In this document: positions 60,461 to 64,000 of the stretch, piece by piece
Position numbering within the stretch: the stretch's first letter is position 1
Layout of the letters: each line of letters opens with the position of its first letter
NCBI GenBank assembly: GCA_035389185.1
Contig: DAOORK010000001.1
Coordinates: 65,006 to 129,005 of the forward strand
Length of the DNA stretch: 64,000 bases
Source: Candidatus Woesebacteria bacterium
GTDB taxonomy: Bacteria; Patescibacteriota; Microgenomatia; UBA1400; MFAQ01
Direction: 5' to 3'
The notes under the pieces: generated by a model
What the model saw: the letters and a program-made list of their open reading frames with translations, nothing else
What the model was told of the DNA's origin: nothing
The model's database searches: none
Made by a program: the position numbers and the translations under genes

Positions 60461-60534
60461 TGCTCCAAGAGGGATTTGAACCCCCAACCTGCGGCTTCGA
60501 AGGCCGACGCTCTATCCAGTTGAGCTATTGGAGC
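60461..60534 (-). tRNA. tRNA-Arg(TCG)
   Basis: GCTCCAA acceptor stem, CGGC-CT-TCG-AA-GCCG, GTTCAAATCC. Confidence 0.93.
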
Positions 60535-60587
60535 AATGCCTATATTTTAGCTCATTTGTGCGTTTAAATGGTAAAATACTCATGTTC

Positions 60588-60661
60588 GGGTCAGTAGCTC
60601 AGTCGGTTAGAGCACCTGCCTCTTAAGCAGGGTGTCGCGGGTTCGAGTCCCGCCTGACCCA
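60588..60661 (+). tRNA. tRNA-Lys(CTT)
   Basis: GGGTCAG/CTGACCC acceptor stem, CCTGC-CT-CTT-AA-GCAGG, GTTCGAGTCC. Confidence 0.96.
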
Positions 60662-60691
60662 CAAATAGATATCGTATATATTAAAGATATA

Positions 60692-61921
60692 GTGAAAAGA
60701 CTGTTAGTTTTTACATATGCACCGGCCGGACTAGGTCACCTAAGAGTAACCGATGCTCTTGTGGATAGCAGACCTAAAGATCTTTCCTATTTGATGCTTG
60801 GTTCTTATGATCGATTCATTACCAGTTTTCATCGTTTTTTTAGTGTAAATCCGATTGGGAAGTTTATTTTTACATTGAATCAGTACGGTTTCCTTGAAGA
60901 TATTGTGACGGCAATTTATAGAAGGATTCTCATTATGACAAGTGGGCAAATGTATCGACAGATGAAAAGCATTGTTCAGTCAAAACAAGACATTGATGAA
61001 ATATGGGTAATTGCAACTCATTTTGGTATGGCCCATCAGCTTGGAGCGGTAAAAGATCGTTTGGCAAAAGATACAGGAAAGAAAATTAAACTTATTGTCC
61101 AGGTGACGGATGACACCACCCAGCACATTTGGTGTATTCGAGGGGCTGACCTGACGTTTGTCCCGAGCTTACTGACAAAAGAAAAATTGTTAAAGTACGC
61201 AAGTCGTCACAAAATTGATTCGAAATATGAGGTAATCCCCTATCCTCTATGCCCGATATTGACTGCAAAACTTGACGTGAGTAAAGGACGTGACCAGGCT
61301 TTAGGGAAAAGTAAACAAAAAATCAATGTGGCTGTACCGATTTCTGGGGCATCCGTAGGTTTGAATTACGCAACGAAATTAATAACTGAGCTTTGTAAAA
61401 AGAGTGACCGATTTAAGTTTTGGGTTTTGGTAAAAAAATCAGTGTATACGGATCACTTTATAAATGAACTATCTAAACTTACCGGAGTGAGTTTGATTAC
61501 CGGAAGAAATGATAATGAGATGATTAGTCTTTACGAGTTGTTGTATCAGGAAAACTTGATCCACTTGGAAATAACGAAACCGAGTGAACAGTCTTTTAAG
61601 GCAATTTTGCCTCCTGCCTGCGTGGGAGGATCTATTTTACTTTTTACTGCACCCGTAGGTCGTCAGGAATATGAGAACATGGAGTTTCTTAAAAGGCACG
61701 GGCTGATGCCTGGTTATCTGGACACAACTCCAAGAGCGATAAGCTTGCCGGAAAATCCTTTGAAAGCGGCCGATTTTGTGATTCAGAGTTTAGAGACAGG
61801 GTTATTTTTAAGAATGAGTTTACCTTCCTTCCAATTTTCTGAGGCTTCAATGAAGTCAGGTGAGGTTGGTTCTTCGGGGTCAGAAGATTTTTGGAAAAAG
61901 GTTGAGAGTCTTCTCGGTTGA
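60692..61921 (+). CDS. GT-B fold glycosyltransferase-like protein (MGDG synthase/MurG-like)
   Basis: APAGLGHLR, IATHF, VTD...H..W, ITKPSE, PVGRQEYEN; GTG 60692 avoids overlap with the tRNA. Confidence 0.7.
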   Translation: MKRLLVFTYAPAGLGHLRVTDALVDSRPKDLSYLMLGSYDRFITSFHRFFSVNPIGKFIFTLNQYGFLEDIVTAIYRRILIMTSGQMYRQMKSIVQSKQDIDEIWVIATHFGMAHQLGAVKDRLAKDTGKKIKLIVQVTDDTTQHIWCIRGADLTFVPSLLTKEKLLKYASRHKIDSKYEVIPYPLCPILTAKLDVSKGRDQALGKSKQKINVAVPISGASVGLNYATKLITELCKKSDRFKFWVLVKKSVYTDHFINELSKLTGVSLITGRNDNEMISLYELLYQENLIHLEITKPSEQSFKAILPPACVGGSILLFTAPVGRQEYENMEFLKRHGLMPGYLDTTPRAISLPENPLKAADFVIQSLETGLFLRMSLPSFQFSEASMKSGEVGSSGSEDFWKKVESLLG

Positions 61922-61952
61922 AGTTTTTGATTATCGGTGTTAACGTTAGTGT

Positions 61953-62636
61953 GTGGCAGACACTAAAGAATCATATGATGTAAGTAAATTCGAACATCCT
62001 TCGGTAACGGTTGATGTTCTTTTTTTTACGATTAAAGACGATAAGCTTCAAGTTTTACTTATAAAAAGAGCTCAATGGCCTTATGAAGGTTCGTGGGCAA
62101 TACCGGGAGGTTTTGTAAAAATGGAAGAAGACCTGGATACTGCGGCCAGGAGAGAGATATCCGAGGAGTGCGGTGTAGATATCCCCTATTTGGAACAGCT
62201 GTACACTTTTGGTGACCCAAAGCGAGATCCTAGAACTCGCGTAATTACTGTTGCCTACTACGCACTGGCTCCTTATAAGGAAATAAAAAACATACAGTCT
62301 GATGAAGTTGTCGAGGCGAAGTTTTTTCCTGTTGAAAGCTTACCCAAAATGGCCTTTGATCATAAACACATTATTGAAGTCGGTTTTGGCAGATTACGGA
62401 AGAAAATTGGATATAGCAATATTGCTTTCGGATTACTGCCGGAGTATTTTTCTCTTTCCGATATTCAAAAAACTTATGAAGTTATTAATGGTCGATCTCT
62501 GGATAAACGTAACTTTAGGAAATGGATGCTGGGTTCTGGTTTGCTTGAATCTACCTCAAAAAAATCAGTTGGGGTGGCACACCGACCAGCGATGCTTTAT
62601 CGATTTGCAAAGAGAGACGTAGTATTTTTGAACTAA
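61953..62636 (+). CDS. nrtR: NrtR-family NUDIX/winged-helix regulator
   Basis: WAIPGGFV, LEQLYTFG.P.RDPR, AFDH, DKRNFRK, RPAMLY. Confidence 0.88.
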   Translation: MADTKESYDVSKFEHPSVTVDVLFFTIKDDKLQVLLIKRAQWPYEGSWAIPGGFVKMEEDLDTAARREISEECGVDIPYLEQLYTFGDPKRDPRTRVITVAYYALAPYKEIKNIQSDEVVEAKFFPVESLPKMAFDHKHIIEVGFGRLRKKIGYSNIAFGLLPEYFSLSDIQKTYEVINGRSLDKRNFRKWMLGSGLLESTSKKSVGVAHRPAMLYRFAKRDVVFLN

Positions 62637-62678
62637 AAAAGTTACCCGAAGGTAACTTTTAAGTTGTATGTTATCGAC

Positions 62679-63005
62679 TCAATTCAGCTGAGGCGACGAG
62701 GCGTAGGCTCGGGCTGCAAACTGAATTGTAAAGAAGAACTGACCGTCTTGTTCGACAATGAATTCATCGTTGAGCAAGTTATTAAACGGGAAGAAAGAGC
62801 GATTGCGGGCCTTCAGGTTAAAGACGTCAATTTCGTCTTTATTGAAGGGTAGCCAGCCCTTTCCTCGTTCTTGACAAAAACGTACAAGAACGTTTGCCGA
62901 TGCTTCAGTTTCAGAATTACCAAAAGCGTCAAAAAAGTGCATTGAGGTGTCGATATCTTCAGGTTTAATGGGACATCTGACTTGATCATTGATGATATCT
63001 GTCAC
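62679..63005 (-). CDS. Hypothetical protein (standalone unit)
   Basis: AAGGAGG SD before GTG 63005; terminator at 62635-62660. Confidence 0.7.
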   Translation of the reverse strand: MTDIINDQVRCPIKPEDIDTSMHFFDAFGNSETEASANVLVRFCQERGKGWLPFNKDEIDVFNLKARNRSFFPFNNLLNDEFIVEQDGQFFFTIQFAARAYASSPQLN

Positions 63006-63159
63006 AAGATCCTCCTTAGAAATATGTTGTAGCCGAATTGTAGCATTAAAAGACAGAAAAGTCAAGCTATAGGATAATATAGATGACGAAGTCCGCCTCT
63101 CGTATTTCGTTTTTTGTCTTAAATAAAAACTCTCCATGAAGAAAAGATTTTTAGATTTA

Positions 63160-63312
63160 GGGTGGATGACGGGATTCGGTCACCGATATTTGCTTCGCAA
63201 ATTCGTCGACCCCGGCGTTTGCCGCACGTTACGTGCCGCAAGCCGCCATCCGAGTCCCATTTATTTGTCTCAATAAAACAAAACGCACCACAAGGGTGCA
63301 TTTTATTCTATT
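63160..63312. repeat. tRNA-3'-linked structured element (His copy)
   Basis: 63160-63178 = 63313-63331 (19 bp); inverted T-arm-like TCCGAGTCCC at 63249-63258; two internal hairpins. Confidence 0.85.
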
Positions 63313-63313
63313 G

Positions 63314-63388
63314 GGTGGATGACGGGATTCGAACCCGCGATCTCCTCCTCCACAGGGAGGCGCTTTAGCCAGCTAAGCTACATCCACC
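63314..63388 (-). tRNA. tRNA-His(GTG)
   Basis: Encoded G-1 opposite C73, CCTCC-CT-GTG-GA-GGAGG, GTTCGAATCC. Confidence 0.95.
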
Positions 63389-63438
63389 ATATAATTTCGA
63401 ACTTATATATTTTATCATTTGAGGTAAAATATAACCAT

Positions 63439-63512
63439 CGGGGTGTAGCTCAGATGGCTAGAGTACTGCGTTTGGGACGCAGGGGTCGTGAGTTCGAGTC
63501 TCACCACCCCGA
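63439..63512 (+). tRNA. tRNA-Pro(TGG)
   Basis: CGGGGTG/CACCCCG acceptor stem, CTGCG-TT-TGG-GA-CGCAG, GTTCGAGTC. Confidence 0.96.
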
Positions 63513-63519
63513 CAAAAAA

Positions 63520-64000
63520 ATGAAAGACGTTCGATTAATTTCATATCAAAAGAAGTTCAACTATTCGTATTCGTTGGGCGTCTTTCCGACGATTGAGTTG
63601 ATGGAAAATAGACCAGAGAAGGTTATCAAAATTATCTTTCATCCAAAAGGAAAAGAGAACAAGGGGGTCAAAAAACTAATTTCTTTTGCCACAAGTAAAG
63701 GTGTTCGTACAGAGTGGAGTGAGGGTTTGATCAAAAAAATAGGCGGAAATGACAATACCTATGCTGTTGGAGTGTTTAATAAGTATCAAGAAGAGGTTGA
63801 ACCGAGAGTGAATCACCTGGTGCTGGCAAATCCCGAAGATGGTGGCAATTTGGGCACGATGATAAGAACTGCCTTGGCATTTGGAATCAAGGATATTGCC
63901 GTGATTCGACCCGCAGTAGATATTTTTGATCCAAAGGTGGTCAGAGCCTCGATGGGATCGATTTTTAAGGTCAATATTGAGTATTTTGATGATTTTACGG
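63520..64000 (+). CDS. TrmH/SpoU family RNA methyltransferase (3'-truncated, not in ORF track)
   Basis: MKDVRLISY...NPEDGGNLGTMIRTALAFG...DPKVVRASMGSIF. Confidence 0.92.
   Translation, partial: MKDVRLISYQKKFNYSYSLGVFPTIELMENRPEKVIKIIFHPKGKENKGVKKLISFATSKGVRTEWSEGLIKKIGGNDNTYAVGVFNKYQEEVEPRVNHLVLANPEDGGNLGTMIRTALAFGIKDIAVIRPAVDIFDPKVVRASMGSIFKVNIEYFDDFT

Noticed and set aside
59369-60478. Possible CRISPR array or intron-containing/split tRNAs
   Set aside because: No constant repeat with unique spacers and no cas genes. The elements lack 5' tRNA halves and the adjacent tRNAs are intact.
63119-63368. ORFs 63162-63368 (+) and 63119-63301 (-)
   Set aside because: Shadows of tRNA-His and its linked structured element.

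Overview
Chromosomal window from a reduced-genome bacterium. Gene content and architecture point to Patescibacteria/CPR, probably Microgenomates-like (inference): shortened tig, pheT and yebC, a type IV pilus cluster with no secretin, tRNAs without encoded CCA, and TGA used as stop. The core is housekeeping (cysS, ychF, rpsF-ssb-rpsR, prfA, dnaB, efp, gyrB-ppa-gyrA, rnc/nusB/rpmF/recG, class A PBP, pheST, infC-rpmI-rplT, tig), plus a 12-kb type IV pilus locus with nine prepilins and seven tRNAs. Three things go beyond this annotation. (1) A family of ~146-153 bp structured elements lies directly 3' of tRNA-Leu(TAG), tRNA-Arg(TCG) and tRNA-His, with a remnant at tRNA-Leu(CAA). Each carries a direct and an inverted copy of its own tRNA's T-arm/3' end around a two-hairpin core, and the Leu and Arg cores show compensatory base changes. 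(2) A symmetric 11-6-11 dif-like site and a promoter-overlapping half-site lie upstream of a lone Xer recombinase, inside a 1.1-kb non-coding region with DnaA boxes and iteron-like repeats. (3) About a dozen self-contained orphan gene units (-10, strong SD, ORF, terminator) sit among mostly SD-less, apparently leaderless core genes. All product calls come from motif recognition by eye; no searches or computations were run.
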